38,016 nt of DNA from Thermohalobaculum sp. (GCA_032251175.1 JAVVFE010000001.1:1-38016), one strand, 5' to 3'; counted from the first letter of the stretch, positions 1 through 10,275 are shown. Numbers and translations are program-made. The notes: a model not told the origin generated them from the letters alone.

Positions 1-794
1 ACGATCCGGGCCACGCGGGGCGGGGTGAAGCTGCGGGCGCCCTCGCGCGCCGACCAGACATGGGTGGCGGCCTCCCCGTTCTTCACCGCCACCAGCCCGG
101 CGCCGAGGTCGCGGTAGCGCGCGACCGTCGCCTCGGGCCGGGCATCGCCGAACAGCGCGGTCTCCTCGTCGAACGAGGGCAGCACGATGTCGGCGACCGA
201 GCCGCCGAGCGTGAGCCCCGCGCGCATCGCCGCCTCGCTCTCCCACAGCCGCGGGCGCAGGTTGGTGTCGAAGGCGACCTGCGCGCCGGCCGCGCGCGCG
301 CGGGCAAGGGCGCCGGCCAGCGCCGTCCGGCCCTCGGGCCCCAGAATGGCGAGCGTGATGCCGGAGAAGAACAGCAGGTCGCCCGCCGCAAGCGTCCGGT
401 CAAGCCAGCCGATATCGTCGGCCAGCGCGCGCGCCGCCGACTGGCCGCGCCAGTAGGAAAAGCTGCGCTCGCCGTGCTCGAGCCGGATCATGTAGAGGCC
501 GACCGTACGCCCCGGGATGCAGCGCACGGCGGCCGTGTCGATGCCCTCGCCCGCCATGAAGTCGCGCATCGCGCGCGACACCGCATCGTCGCCCACCGCG
601 GTGGCGTATCCGACGCTCCAGTCGGCGGGCAGCAGGCGGCGCGCATACCAGGCGGTGTTGAAGGTGTCGCCGGCGAACCCCATCCGGAACAGCCCGTCGC
701 CCGCCGGCGCCATCTCGACCATGCACTCGCCGATGGCGAGGAACCGGCCTCCGCGGGGCCCGTCGTCGCCGCCGCTCGCGGGCGCCGCGCTCAC
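1..794 (-). CDS. kdgK: 2-keto-3-deoxygluconate kinase (PfkB family), 3' end runs off the window
   Basis: Not in the ORF track because it has no stop in the window. Manual translation from GTG at 794 (overlaps the upstream TGA): ...RFLAIGECMVEMAP...GFAGDTFNTAWYARR...GLYMIRLEHGERSFSYWRGQSAAR...FSGITLAIL...AFDTNLRPRLW, which are typical KdgK motifs. Confidence 0.9.
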   Translation of the reverse strand, partial: MSAAPASGGDDGPRGGRFLAIGECMVEMAPAGDGLFRMGFAGDTFNTAWYARRLLPADWSVGYATAVGDDAVSRAMRDFMAGEGIDTAAVRCIPGRTVGLYMIRLEHGERSFSYWRGQSAARALADDIGWLDRTLAAGDLLFFSGITLAILGPEGRTALAGALARARAAGAQVAFDTNLRPRLWESEAAMRAGLTLGGSVADIVLPSFDEETALFGDARPEATVARYRDLGAGLVAVKNGEAATHVWSAREGARSFTPPRVARI

Positions 795-1957
795 AGCAGC
801 CCCCGCCCCGCAAGGTTGCGCATCAGCGCCGCGGTGCCGAACCGCCATTCGGGGCAGTCGGTCGACAGGTGCACGGTGTTGACCAGATGCCCCAGCTTCG
901 GCTCGGAAATCGTCACCACGTCGCCCAGCTTGTGGGTGAAGCCCTGCCCCGGCGCATCGCGGTCCTGAATCGGCGCGAACAGGGTGCCGAGGAACAGCAG
1001 GAAGCCGTCCGGATACTGGTGATGGCGGCCGATGGTTTGGGCCACGATGTCGGCGGGGCGGCGGCTGATCCGGCGCATCGAGGAATGGCCGTCGAGGACG
1101 AAGCCGTCCGACCCCGCGACCCGCAGCTTCAGCTCGGCCGCCTCGACGTCGGCCATCGCATAATGCCGGTCGAACAGCCGCAGGAACGGCCCGATGGCGC
1201 ACGAGGCGTTGTTGTCCTTGGCCTTCGGCAGCAACAGCGCCGAGCGGCCCTCGATGTCGCGCAGGTTCACGTCGTTGCCGAGCGTGGCGCCGAGGATGCG
1301 GCCGCGGCTGTTGACCGCCAGCACGATCTCGGGCTCGGGGTTGTTCCAGGTCGAGTCCGGGTGGAGCCCGATGGCAGCCCCCCAGCCCACCGCGCTCATC
1401 GGCTGGGCCTTGGTGAAGACCTCGGCGTCGGGGCCGATGCCGACCTCGAGATATTGCGACCACAGCCCTTCGGCCTGCAACACGGCCTTGACCTGCATGG
1501 CCTTGGCCGAGCCCGGCTCGATGCCGGCGAGGCTGTCGCCGATCGCGCCCTGCACGCGCCGGCGCACCGCGTCGGCCCGGGCGGGGTCGCCCGCGGCCTG
1601 CTCCTCGATCACCCGCTCGACCATGCTTTCGGCGAAGGTCACGCCGCTCGCCTTGATCGCCTGCAGATCGGCGGGCGCCAGCAGGCGCAGCGCATCGACG
1701 TCCGCCGCCGCGGTCGAGCCGGCGACCAGATCGGCCAGCGACGCGACATCCTCGCCCGGGGCGCCGCGGACCCACGCCGCCGCGTCGTCGCGTTCCAGCA
1801 GATCGCTGAGCGTGGGCGTCTCGCGGCTGGTGATGTCGACCAGCCGCGCCCCCCTGAGCGCAACCACTGCCGGGCCGATGCCGGGGCGCCAGACGCGGCC
1901 GACCAGGGTCGCCGTGGGGTCGGGGGTCGATATCGGCAGCATGGGGCTCTCCGTCAT
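791..1957 (-). CDS. xylX: Fumarylacetoacetate hydrolase family protein, XylX-like 2-keto-3-deoxy-D-xylonate dehydratase
   Basis: Motifs LQAIKASGVTF, GPDAEVFTKAQPM, WNNPEPE, GATLGNDVNLRDIEGRSALLL.KAKDNNASCAIGP as recalled for Caulobacter XylX. Start placed at ATG 1957 (alternative 1942) rather than 2134. Confidence 0.8.
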   Translation of the reverse strand: MTESPMLPISTPDPTATLVGRVWRPGIGPAVVALRGARLVDITSRETPTLSDLLERDDAAAWVRGAPGEDVASLADLVAGSTAAADVDALRLLAPADLQAIKASGVTFAESMVERVIEEQAAGDPARADAVRRRVQGAIGDSLAGIEPGSAKAMQVKAVLQAEGLWSQYLEVGIGPDAEVFTKAQPMSAVGWGAAIGLHPDSTWNNPEPEIVLAVNSRGRILGATLGNDVNLRDIEGRSALLLPKAKDNNASCAIGPFLRLFDRHYAMADVEAAELKLRVAGSDGFVLDGHSSMRRISRRPADIVAQTIGRHHQYPDGFLLFLGTLFAPIQDRDAPGQGFTHKLGDVVTISEPKLGHLVNTVHLSTDCPEWRFGTAALMRNLAGRGLL

Positions 1958-2111
1958 TGCCCGGCCTGGGGCGGCATCTGGTCCGAACCGTGCGGGCCGC
2001 TGCGCTCGAACGCCGCCCCGACGATGCGCGCCCGACCCGGCCGGGCAGCCGGGGCCCGGCGCCTGCCGCCGCGCACGGGCGTCGCGGCCGCCATCGCAGA
2101 TGCGACCGGCA

Positions 2112-3029
2112 TCACCTGCCCCAGCGCAGCACAAGAGGGTCGAGCGGGCGGAGCAGCTCGATCAGCATCGCCCGCGTGTCAGGGTGCAGCGGCGGGATCG
2201 GGTGGCGGCAGAAGTCCGAGCCGATCACCCCGCCCGCCACCATCGCGGCCTTGGCGGCACGAAAGCCGCATTGCCGGTTCTCGTGGTTCACCGCCGGCAG
2301 GATGCGGGCATAGCCCTCGATCGCGGCCCCGCGCCGCCCGGTCAGAAAGTCCCGCACGACGGGACCGATCAGGTCGGGGATCATCGCGCTCGTCATCGTG
2401 CCGGTGGCGCCGGCATCGAGATCGGCGAGCAGCGTGATCGCCTCCTCGCCATCGAACGGCCCCTCGATCGCCGCGCCCCCCTCGGCAATCAGGTGACGCA
2501 GCTTGGCGGCAGCCTGGGGGCATTCGATCTTGAAAAGTTTCAGCATCTCGATCTCGCGCGCCATCTGCACCAGAAGCGGCACCGGCAGATCGACGCCCGA
2601 AAGCGGCGCGTCCTGCACCATGATCGGGATGCCGACCTCGCCCACCCGCGCGAATTGCTCGAAGGTCTGGCCGGCGGTGCCCCTCATAAGCGCGCCGTGG
2701 TAGGGCGGCATCATCATCACCATGTCGGCGCCCATCGCCTTTGCCCGCCGGGCCCGGTCCACCGCGATCGACGTGGCGAAATGGCTGATCGTCACGATCA
2801 CCGGCACGCGGCCCGCGACATGCGCGAGCGAGAGCCGCGTCAGCGTCTCGCGCTCGGCGTCCGAGATCAGGAACTGCTCGGAGAAATTGGCAAGGATGCA
2901 GATGCCATCGACCCCCTGGTCGATCATGCAGTCGAGCACCCGCGCCATCCCCTCGAGGTCAAGGCTGCCGTCGTCGTGGAAGGGCGTGGGAGCCACCGGC
3001 CAGATGCCGTGATAGGGTCGCTGGGTCAT
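2112..3029 (-). CDS. araD: DHDPS/NAL family L-2-keto-3-deoxyarabinonate dehydratase
   Basis: CILANFSEQF, MPPYHGA, IMVQDAP, FKIE (Schiff-base Lys), GPFDGEEAITLLADL, NHENRQ and C-terminal LDPLVLRW match the Azospirillum L-KDA dehydratase as recalled. Confidence 0.85.
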   Translation of the reverse strand: MTQRPYHGIWPVAPTPFHDDGSLDLEGMARVLDCMIDQGVDGICILANFSEQFLISDAERETLTRLSLAHVAGRVPVIVTISHFATSIAVDRARRAKAMGADMVMMMPPYHGALMRGTAGQTFEQFARVGEVGIPIMVQDAPLSGVDLPVPLLVQMAREIEMLKLFKIECPQAAAKLRHLIAEGGAAIEGPFDGEEAITLLADLDAGATGTMTSAMIPDLIGPVVRDFLTGRRGAAIEGYARILPAVNHENRQCGFRAAKAAMVAGGVIGSDFCRHPIPPLHPDTRAMLIELLRPLDPLVLRWGR

Positions 3030-3679
3030 TTCCTGTCCGTCACCTCGATCCGGGGCGCATCGTCGTCGGCGGTTGCAGTGCCGCCCCGATGGACGGTGGA
3101 GGCGATGGCCAGTGCAACCACGACTACCATCGCCGCCGCCATGCCGTAATTGATCCGCCGCTGGACCGCTTGCGCCAGGTCCAGACGATGCAGCACGACC
3201 CCCGCCCCAAGCCAGCCCAGATGGATCGGGATCCAGATCGCGTTCAGGATCAGAAGCTTGATCGCCGTCTCGGCGGCGAGGCTGTCGGGATGGAAGGCGA
3301 AGCCGGTGAACAGCGCCGTGTTGACGGCATAGGCCTTGGGGTTGATCGCCTGGAGCGCAAGACCCGAGCCGATGCCGGGCGCGCGCGCCGCCTCGATGAA
3401 GGCGATGCGCGAGCCGGCGAAGGCGATCTTCGCTGCCAGATACAGCAGGTAGGCGACCGAGGCAGCCATCAGCACCGTGCGCACCACCGGCAGGCTTAAG
3501 ACCACGGCGGCAAGCCCGCTGATGACGGCGAGCGCAACCAGATTCGTGCCGATGAACAGCCCCGCGACATAGCGAAGACCGGGTCGGAAGCCGAACGCCG
3601 CCCCGACCCCGGCGGTCGACAGCACCCCCGGCCCCGGCGTCACGATCAGCAGAAACACCGCGGCGGCGAAGCTCAGCAT
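3026..3679 (-). CDS. LysE/RhtB family translocator
   Basis: N-terminal TPGPG motif, INPKAY motif, about 6 hydrophobic segments; overlaps both neighbours. Confidence 0.9.
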   Translation of the reverse strand: MLSFAAAVFLLIVTPGPGVLSTAGVGAAFGFRPGLRYVAGLFIGTNLVALAVISGLAAVVLSLPVVRTVLMAASVAYLLYLAAKIAFAGSRIAFIEAARAPGIGSGLALQAINPKAYAVNTALFTGFAFHPDSLAAETAIKLLILNAIWIPIHLGWLGAGVVLHRLDLAQAVQRRINYGMAAAMVVVVALAIASTVHRGGTATADDDAPRIEVTDRK

Positions 3680-4710
3680 GCGGCGAAGTCCAGTTGCACC
3701 TTCATCGCGCGGCTACGGTCGAGCGCGGTCTGGAACGCGGCCTCGTGGTCGCCCAGCGGGAAGCTGTGGGTCAGCAGCGGGCGCACGTCGATCAGGCCCG
3801 CGCGCATCATCCCGACCGCGGTCGGGAATTCCTCGTGGAAGCGGAACGAGCCGCGCAGGTCGATCTCCTTGGCGGTGATCTGGACCATGGGCAGCGTCAT
3901 GTCGCCCGAGATGCCGAGCTGGACCACGATGCCCCGCGGGCGAAGCGCCGCGATGCCGCCGGCAAGCGCGCTTGCCGCGCCCGAGCATTCCAGCAGCACG
4001 TCGAAGCTGCCCTTGCCCGCGCAGTCGGGGCCGAGGGCGTTGGGGTCGGCGCGCGTGTTGGCCACCCGGTCCGCCCCCGCCGCCCGGGCGTGGTCGAGCA
4101 CGCCGTCATTGATGTCGGTGGCGACGATCTCGCCCGCGCCCGCCCGGCGCGCGGCCATGATCGCAAGGGCGCCGATCGGCCCGCAGCCGGTCACCAGGAT
4201 CCGTTTCCCGAGCACCGGGCCCGCCCGCAGCAGGGCATGGAGCACGACCGCGAGCGGCTCGGCCATCGCAGCCTCGGCCGGGGTCAGCCCGTCGGCCTTC
4301 ACGCATTGCCGGGCCGCGGCCACCAGCTCCTCGCGGAAGGCGCCCTGGATGTGCGGGAACGGCATTGCCGAGCCGTAGAACGCCATGTGCTCGCAATGAT
4401 TCGGCAGGCCGCGCAGACAGTAGTGGCACCCACCGCAGGGCCGCGACGGCGAGACTGCGACAAGATCACCCAGCGCGAAGCCGGTGACGCCCGCGCCGAT
4501 CTCGGCGACATGGCCCGACACCTCGTGGCCGAGGATCATCGGCTCGCGCAGGCGCACGCTGCCGAACCCGCCATCGGCGTAATAATGCAGGTCCGAGCCG
4601 CAGATGCCGCCCCGCGCCATGCGGATGCGGAGCTGGCCGGGACCGACCTCGGCGGGCGCGCAGGTCCCGAGCCGCAGGTCCTTCGCCCCGTGGACATAGA
4701 GCGCCTTCAT
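3673..4710 (-). CDS. idnD: L-idonate 5-dehydrogenase (Zn-dependent MDR)
   Basis: GGICGSDLHYY, ILGHE, Zn cysteines CGGCHYC...C, YGSAMPFPHIQGAF, GCGPIG, KEIDLRGSFRF. ATG 4710 follows an AAGGGGAAA RBS; divergent from an idnO-like gene. Confidence 0.88.
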   Translation of the reverse strand: MKALYVHGAKDLRLGTCAPAEVGPGQLRIRMARGGICGSDLHYYADGGFGSVRLREPMILGHEVSGHVAEIGAGVTGFALGDLVAVSPSRPCGGCHYCLRGLPNHCEHMAFYGSAMPFPHIQGAFREELVAAARQCVKADGLTPAEAAMAEPLAVVLHALLRAGPVLGKRILVTGCGPIGALAIMAARRAGAGEIVATDINDGVLDHARAAGADRVANTRADPNALGPDCAGKGSFDVLLECSGAASALAGGIAALRPRGIVVQLGISGDMTLPMVQITAKEIDLRGSFRFHEEFPTAVGMMRAGLIDVRPLLTHSFPLGDHEAAFQTALDRSRAMKVQLDFAAC

Positions 4711-4789
4711 CGCTTTCCCCTTTGGTGCAGGTCTCTCGCCCGGCCGCATCCGTGCCGGCAAGGGGCAAAGCTCTCTTGCATGCCCGCGT

Positions 4790-4805
4790 AAATGGTATAC
4801 CATTT
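4790..4805. promoter_or_regulatory. GntR/FadR-type operator AAATGGTATACCATTT (perfect 16-bp palindrome)
   Basis: AT-rich palindrome in the idnD/idnO divergent gap. It overlaps a possible + strand promoter, TTGCAT(4776)-N16-TACCAT(4798). The same core occurs twice upstream of the gntR gene. Confidence 0.85.
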
Positions 4806-4860
4806 TGCGAAAGCATCAAGTCGCTCGTGCCGCCTTCGGGGGCCGGCGCAGGGGAGGATC

Positions 4861-5622
4861 ATGCAGCTTTTCGATCTTGGCGGGAAGACCGCCCTCATAA
4901 CCGGCTCGTCGCAGGGCATCGGCCTCACGCTGGCCGGCGGGCTGGCAGCGCATGGCGCGCGTGTCGTGCTGAATGCGCGCAACGCCGAACGGCTGGCCGG
5001 GGCGGCGGCGCGGCTGCGCGCGCAGGGCCACGAGGTGCTGGAACTGGCGTTCGACGCGACCGACGGCGCGGCGGTGCGCGCGGCCATCGACGGCTTCGAG
5101 GCCGGGCATGGGCCGATCGACATCCTGGTGAACAATGCCGGCATGACCCACCGCGCGCCGCTCGAGGACTTTCCGCCCGAGAAGTTCGAGCAGATCATGG
5201 CGACCAATGTCGGCTCGATCTTCCATGTCAGCCAGGCGGTCGCGCGCCACATGATCGGCCGGGGCGCCGGCAAGATCATCAACATCGCCAGCGTGCAGTC
5301 CGCGCTCTCGCGCCCCGGGATCGCGCCCTACTGCGCCTCGAAGGGGGCGGTCGTGAACTTCACCAAGGGCATGGCGACCGACTGGGCGCCCAAGGGGCTG
5401 AACTGCAACGCGCTCGCGCCCGGGTATTTCGAGACCGAACTGACGGCGGCGCTGGTGGCGGATGCGGACTTCTCGGCCTGGCTGCGCAAGCGCACGCCCG
5501 CCGGGCGCTGGGGCAAGGTCGAGGACCTGATCGGCGCCTGCGTGTTTCTGGCCGCGCCGGCCTCGGACTTCGTGAACGGGCACACCCTGTTCGTGGATGG
5601 CGGCATCACGGCATGCCTGTGA
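4861..5622 (+). CDS. idnO: Gluconate 5-dehydrogenase (SDR)
   Basis: MQLFDLGGKTALITGSSQGIG, NNAG, NIASVQS, YCASK, APGYFETELT.ALV, RTPAGRWG, VDGG; GGAGG RBS before ATG 4861. Confidence 0.88.
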   Translation: MQLFDLGGKTALITGSSQGIGLTLAGGLAAHGARVVLNARNAERLAGAAARLRAQGHEVLELAFDATDGAAVRAAIDGFEAGHGPIDILVNNAGMTHRAPLEDFPPEKFEQIMATNVGSIFHVSQAVARHMIGRGAGKIINIASVQSALSRPGIAPYCASKGAVVNFTKGMATDWAPKGLNCNALAPGYFETELTAALVADADFSAWLRKRTPAGRWGKVEDLIGACVFLAAPASDFVNGHTLFVDGGITACL

Positions 5623-5641
5623 ACGGATCGGGAGATCGGAC

Positions 5642-6577
5642 ATGAGCGACAAACCCGTCATCGGCTTCATCGGCCTCGGCCCCATGGGCCACGGCATGGC
5701 CGCCAACATCCTCAAGGGCGGCTATGTGCTGCACGTCAAGGGCGGGCGCAGCCGCGCGCCAGTGGACGACCTGGTGGCGCGCGGCGCCATCGAGGCGGCA
5801 AGCCCGCGGGCGATGGCCGAGGCCTGCGACATCATCCACCTGTGCCTGCCGAACTCGTCGCAGGTCGAGGCGGTGATCCGGGCCGAGGACGGGATCATCG
5901 CCGCCGGGCGCAAGGGCCTGATCGTGATCGACGCAACCACCGCCGATCCGGTCTCGACCGTGGCGCTGGCCGCCGATCTCGAGGCGGCGGGGATGCACAT
6001 GGTCGATGCGCCGCTTGGCCGCACGCCGAAGGAGGCCGAGGCCGGGATGCTCGACGCCATGGTCGGCGCCGACGATGCCGTCTTCGCCCGGGTGCAGCCG
6101 GTGATCGACTGCTGGGCCGGCAGCATCACCCATATCGGCCCGGTGGGCGCGGCCCATCGCATGAAGCTGATCATGAACTTCATCGGCATGGGCTATGCCG
6201 CGCTCTATGCCGAGGCGGTGGTGCTGGGCAGCAAGGTCGGCCTTGCGCCGCAGACCGTGCGGCAGGTGATCGGCGGCTCGCGCCTCTCGAACGGGTTTTT
6301 CGAGACCTTCATGAAATACACCGTCGACCGCGACCCTGAGGCACACCGCTTCTCGATCGCCAATGCCTCGAAGGACGTCCGCTACGTCGCGAGCATGGCG
6401 GCAGACGCAGGCGTCGTGAACATCATGGGCGCCGCGATCAAGCACTACTTCACCCATGTCGAGGCGATCGGAAAGGGCGACGACTTTGTCCCGATGCTCG
6501 GCGACCACGTGGCCCGGCTGAACGGCATCGACATGGCCGAAGCCGTGCGGAAAGGTGCGGGCGATGCTGAGCCCTGA
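5642..6577 (+). CDS. NAD(P)-dependent beta-hydroxyacid dehydrogenase (3-hydroxyisobutyrate/tartronate semialdehyde reductase family)
   Basis: IGFIGLGPMG Rossmann motif, DAPLGRTP, catalytic K in MKLIMNF; GGAGA RBS before ATG 5642. Confidence 0.85.
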   Translation: MSDKPVIGFIGLGPMGHGMAANILKGGYVLHVKGGRSRAPVDDLVARGAIEAASPRAMAEACDIIHLCLPNSSQVEAVIRAEDGIIAAGRKGLIVIDATTADPVSTVALAADLEAAGMHMVDAPLGRTPKEAEAGMLDAMVGADDAVFARVQPVIDCWAGSITHIGPVGAAHRMKLIMNFIGMGYAALYAEAVVLGSKVGLAPQTVRQVIGGSRLSNGFFETFMKYTVDRDPEAHRFSIANASKDVRYVASMAADAGVVNIMGAAIKHYFTHVEAIGKGDDFVPMLGDHVARLNGIDMAEAVRKGAGDAEP

Positions 6578-7454
6578 ACAGAAGGCGTTCTACGCCGAGC
6601 ACGGCTACCTGATGGTCGAGAACGCGGTGACGCCCGCGGAACTGGCGCGCGCGCAGGCGATCACGCACGACCTGATCGAACGCTCGCGCCATGTGACCGA
6701 GAGCAACGAGGCCTACGACCTCGACGCGGGGCATGGACCCCAGACCCCGCGGCTCACGCGCATCAAGCTGCCGCACAGGCGCGACCCGTTCTTCTGGGAC
6801 CTGCTGCGCCACTCGCGGATCACCGAGGTGCTGACCGACCTGCTGGGGCCGGACACGACGCTCTTGACCTCGAAGCTCAACACCAAGGCGCCCGGCGGGG
6901 GGGCTGCGGTCGAATGGCACCAGGACTGGGCGTTCTATCCGCACACCAATGACGACCTGCTGGCGTTCGGGCTGATGCTGGAAGACGTGACCCCCGACAA
7001 CGGCCCGCTGATGGTGATCCCCGGCACTCATCGCGGCCCGATCCTCGACCACCGGACGAACGGGGTGTTCTGCGGCGCCATCGACCCCGAGGACCCGCTT
7101 TTCGCGCGCGACCGGGCGGTGACCCTGACCGGCAGGGCGGGCAGCATGACCGTGCATCACGCCCGCCTGCTGCATGGCTCGGCCCCGAACCGCAGCGACC
7201 GCGCGCGGATGATCCTGTTCTACGAGATCGCCCGGGCCGATGCCTGGCCGATCCTCGGCTCGAACTCCTACTTCCACGCGCTGGGGCAACGGCGGTTCTG
7301 GGAGGATTTGCAGGAGCGCACCATCACCGGCAGCCCGTGCCTGACGCCGCGGCTCGAGAAGGTGCCAGTGACCATGCCCCTGCCGCCGGCGCCCGACATC
7401 TCGTCGATCTTCCGGATGCAGGGCTCGGCGGGGGCGAAGAGCACCTTCCGATGA
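6564..7454 (+). CDS. Phytanoyl-CoA dioxygenase (PhyH) family Fe(II)/2-oxoglutarate dioxygenase
   Basis: MLSPEQKAFYAEHGYL N-terminus, WHQD iron motif, DNGPLMVIPGTH, LLHGSAPNRS..R (distal His and 2OG Arg). Confidence 0.88.
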   Translation: MLSPEQKAFYAEHGYLMVENAVTPAELARAQAITHDLIERSRHVTESNEAYDLDAGHGPQTPRLTRIKLPHRRDPFFWDLLRHSRITEVLTDLLGPDTTLLTSKLNTKAPGGGAAVEWHQDWAFYPHTNDDLLAFGLMLEDVTPDNGPLMVIPGTHRGPILDHRTNGVFCGAIDPEDPLFARDRAVTLTGRAGSMTVHHARLLHGSAPNRSDRARMILFYEIARADAWPILGSNSYFHALGQRRFWEDLQERTITGSPCLTPRLEKVPVTMPLPPAPDISSIFRMQGSAGAKSTFR

Positions 7455-7587
7455 GCGGACGATACCGGGCGCGCGCCCGGCGAAACAATGGCTCCCGGGA
7501 CCGTCGCAGACGGGACATTGGGGTGGGCCGCAGCGACACACAGCAGACGGGCAGCCGGACGACGGCAGCCGGAGAGGACCCAGGATC

Positions 7588-9369
7588 ATGAGCAACACGC
7601 GGGCGGGCAAGAAATTCCGGTCTCAGGAATGGTTCGACAATCCCAACAACCCGGGGATGACCGCGCTCTATGTCGAGCGATACCAGAACCAGGCCTATAC
7701 GCGCGGCGAGATTCAGGGCGAACGCCCGATCATCGGCATCGCCCAGACCGGGTCGGACATCGCACCCTGCAACAAGATCCACGTCTTCCTGGTCGACCGG
7801 GTCAAGGCGGGCATCCGCGATGCGGGCGGGATTCCGATGGAATTCCCGGTCCACCCGATCCAGGAAACCGGCAAGCGGCCGACCGCGGCGCTCGACCGCA
7901 ACCTCACCTATCTCAGCCTGGTCGAGGTGCTGCACGGCTATCCCATCGACGGCGTGGTGCTGACCACGGGCTGCGACAAGACCACGCCCGCGATGCTGAT
8001 GGGGGCCGCGACCGTCGACATTCCGGCCATCGCGCTCAATGGCGGGCCGATGTTGGACGGCTGGTGGAAGGGCAGGCGCGCGGGCTCGGGCACCATCGTG
8101 TGGGAAAGCCGCCGGCTGCTAGCCGAGGGGACGATCGACTACGACGAGTTCATGGACCGGGTCTGCGCCTCGGCCCCCTCGCTGGGGCACTGCAACACCA
8201 TGGGCACGGCCAGCACGATGAACGCCATGGCCGAGGCGCTGGGCATGACGCTGACCGGCAACTCGGCGATCCCTGCCCCCTTCCGCGAGCGCATGGCGAT
8301 GGCCTACGAGACCGGCCGGCGCATCGTCGCGATGGTGCACGAGGACCTGAAACCTTCGGACATCCTGACCCGCGCGGCGTTCGAGAACGCGATCGTCACC
8401 AACTCGGCGATCGGTGGCTCGACCAACGCGCCGCCGCATTTGCAGGCGATCGCCCGCCATGCCGGGGTCGAGCTGAACGTGAAGGACTGGGAGACGGTGG
8501 GCTTCGACGTGCCGCTGCTGGTCAACATGCAGCCCGCGGGCGCATATCTGGGCGAGAGCTTCTTCCGCGCGGGCGGCGTGCCCGCGGTGATGGGCGAATT
8601 GCGCAAGGCCGGGCGCATCCGCGACGGCGCGATGACCGCCACCGGCCGGACGATGGGCGAGAACCTCGCCGGCTGGGAGAGCCAGGACACCGAGGTGATC
8701 GCGACGGTCGCAAAACCCCTGCGCGAGAAGGCGGGGTTCCTCGTCCTCTCGGGCAACCTGTTCGACTCGGCGCTGATGAAGACCAGCGTCATCTCGGCCG
8801 ATTTCCGACAGCGATTCCTGTCGGAACCGGGCAAGGAAGGCGCGTTCGAGGCCCGCGCGGTGGTGTTCGAGGGGCCCGAGGACTACCACGACCGGATCAA
8901 CGATCCAGCGCTTGGCATCGACGAGCGGACGATCCTGTTCATCCGCGGCGTGGGCTGCGTCGGCTATCCGGGCTCGGCCGAGGTGGTGAACATGCAGCCG
9001 CCAGACGCGATCCTGCGGCTGGGCATCAACCACCTGCCGACGGTGGGCGACGGTCGGCAATCGGGCACCTCCGAGAGCCCCTCGATCCTCAACGCCTCGC
9101 CCGAGGCGGTGGTGGGCGGCGGGCTCGCCTATCTCGAAACCGGCGACAGGGTGCGGCTGGACTTGGGCGCCCGGCGGCTGGATGCCCTGGTCGATCCCGC
9201 CGAATGGCAGGCCCGCAAGGACCGTTGGACACCGCCCGTGATCGAGCACCAGACCCCTTGGCAGGAGATCTACCGCACCCATGTCGGCCAGCTCGCCGAT
9301 GGCGGCTGCCTCGAGCTTGCCACCGCCTACCGGCGCGTGGCGCAGCAGCTTCCCCGCGACAACCACTGA
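7588..9369 (+). CDS. xylD: IlvD/Edd family [Fe-S] sugar-acid dehydratase, D-xylonate dehydratase-like
   Basis: [63 protein letters not shown]; resembles Caulobacter XylD. Exact substrate is uncertain. Confidence 0.75.
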   Translation: MSNTRAGKKFRSQEWFDNPNNPGMTALYVERYQNQAYTRGEIQGERPIIGIAQTGSDIAPCNKIHVFLVDRVKAGIRDAGGIPMEFPVHPIQETGKRPTAALDRNLTYLSLVEVLHGYPIDGVVLTTGCDKTTPAMLMGAATVDIPAIALNGGPMLDGWWKGRRAGSGTIVWESRRLLAEGTIDYDEFMDRVCASAPSLGHCNTMGTASTMNAMAEALGMTLTGNSAIPAPFRERMAMAYETGRRIVAMVHEDLKPSDILTRAAFENAIVTNSAIGGSTNAPPHLQAIARHAGVELNVKDWETVGFDVPLLVNMQPAGAYLGESFFRAGGVPAVMGELRKAGRIRDGAMTATGRTMGENLAGWESQDTEVIATVAKPLREKAGFLVLSGNLFDSALMKTSVISADFRQRFLSEPGKEGAFEARAVVFEGPEDYHDRINDPALGIDERTILFIRGVGCVGYPGSAEVVNMQPPDAILRLGINHLPTVGDGRQSGTSESPSILNASPEAVVGGGLAYLETGDRVRLDLGARRLDALVDPAEWQARKDRWTPPVIEHQTPWQEIYRTHVGQLADGGCLELATAYRRVAQQLPRDNH

Positions 9370-9379
9370 GGAGCGACCG

Positions 9380-10114
9380 ATGCAGACCATCATCGTCACG
9401 GGCGCCGGCAGCGGCATTGGCCGGGCAACCGCGCAGGTCTTCCTTGCCGCAGGCTGGCGGGTCGGCCTGGTCGGCCGGCGCCAGGCCCAGCTTGCCGAGA
9501 CCGCCGCAGGCCACGCCGCAGCCCTTGTGCTGCCCTGCGACGTGGCCGACGAGGCGGCGGTCGATGCGGCTTTCGACCGGGCGGCCGGCACATGGGGCCG
9601 GCTCGATGCGCTGTTCAACAACGCGGGAGTGAACGTGTCCGGCGCGCCGATCGACGAGATCCCGGTCGCCGACTGGCGCAACGTGATCGAGATCAACCTC
9701 ACGGGCGCCTTCATCGCCGCCCGCGCGGCGTTCCGGATCATGCGCGCGCAGACGCCGCAGGGCGGGCGGATCATCAACAACGGCTCGATCTCGGCCCATG
9801 CGCCGCGCTGGGGCTCGGCGCCCTACACCGCGTCGAAGCACGCGATCACCGGGCTCACCAAGTCGATCTCGCTGGACGGGCGGCCCTTCTCCATCGCCTG
9901 TGGCCAGATCGACATCGGCAACGCGCTGACCGAGATGGCGGCGAAGATGACCAAGGGCGTGCCCCAGGCCGATGGTTCCATCGCCATCGAGCCGGTGATG
10001 GATGTCGCCCATGTCGCGCGTTCGGTGCTGCACATGGCCGCGCTGCCGCTGGATGCCAACGTGCAGTTCATGACCGTGATGGCGACCAACATGCCCTTTG
10101 TCGGGCGGGGCTGA
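9380..10114 (+). CDS. Short-chain dehydrogenase/reductase
   Basis: [30 protein letters not shown]; GAGGAG RBS before ATG 9380. Confidence 0.88.
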   Translation: MQTIIVTGAGSGIGRATAQVFLAAGWRVGLVGRRQAQLAETAAGHAAALVLPCDVADEAAVDAAFDRAAGTWGRLDALFNNAGVNVSGAPIDEIPVADWRNVIEINLTGAFIAARAAFRIMRAQTPQGGRIINNGSISAHAPRWGSAPYTASKHAITGLTKSISLDGRPFSIACGQIDIGNALTEMAAKMTKGVPQADGSIAIEPVMDVAHVARSVLHMAALPLDANVQFMTVMATNMPFVGRG

Positions 10115-10165
10115 CGCGCCCCGCCTCATACCAATGTTCGCCGATTCTGCCGCATGCGCCGCTCA

Positions 10166-10239
10166 CCCCGCTGCGCCCCGGGCTTGATCCGGGGCCTTCG
10201 TGTCTTCCGGGGCTGAACCAGGGCCCCGGGGCGGCGGGG
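10166..10239. terminator. GC-rich stem-loop(s) between convergent operons; possible bidirectional terminator or REP-like remnant
   Basis: GCCCCGG-GCTTGAT-CCGGGGC hairpin at 10175-10195; alternative longer imperfect pairing of 10166-10181 with 10226-10239; no U-tract. Confidence 0.4.
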
Positions 10240-10275
10240 ACGGGGCCGACAGGTTGCGCTCGACGCAAGCCCGTC

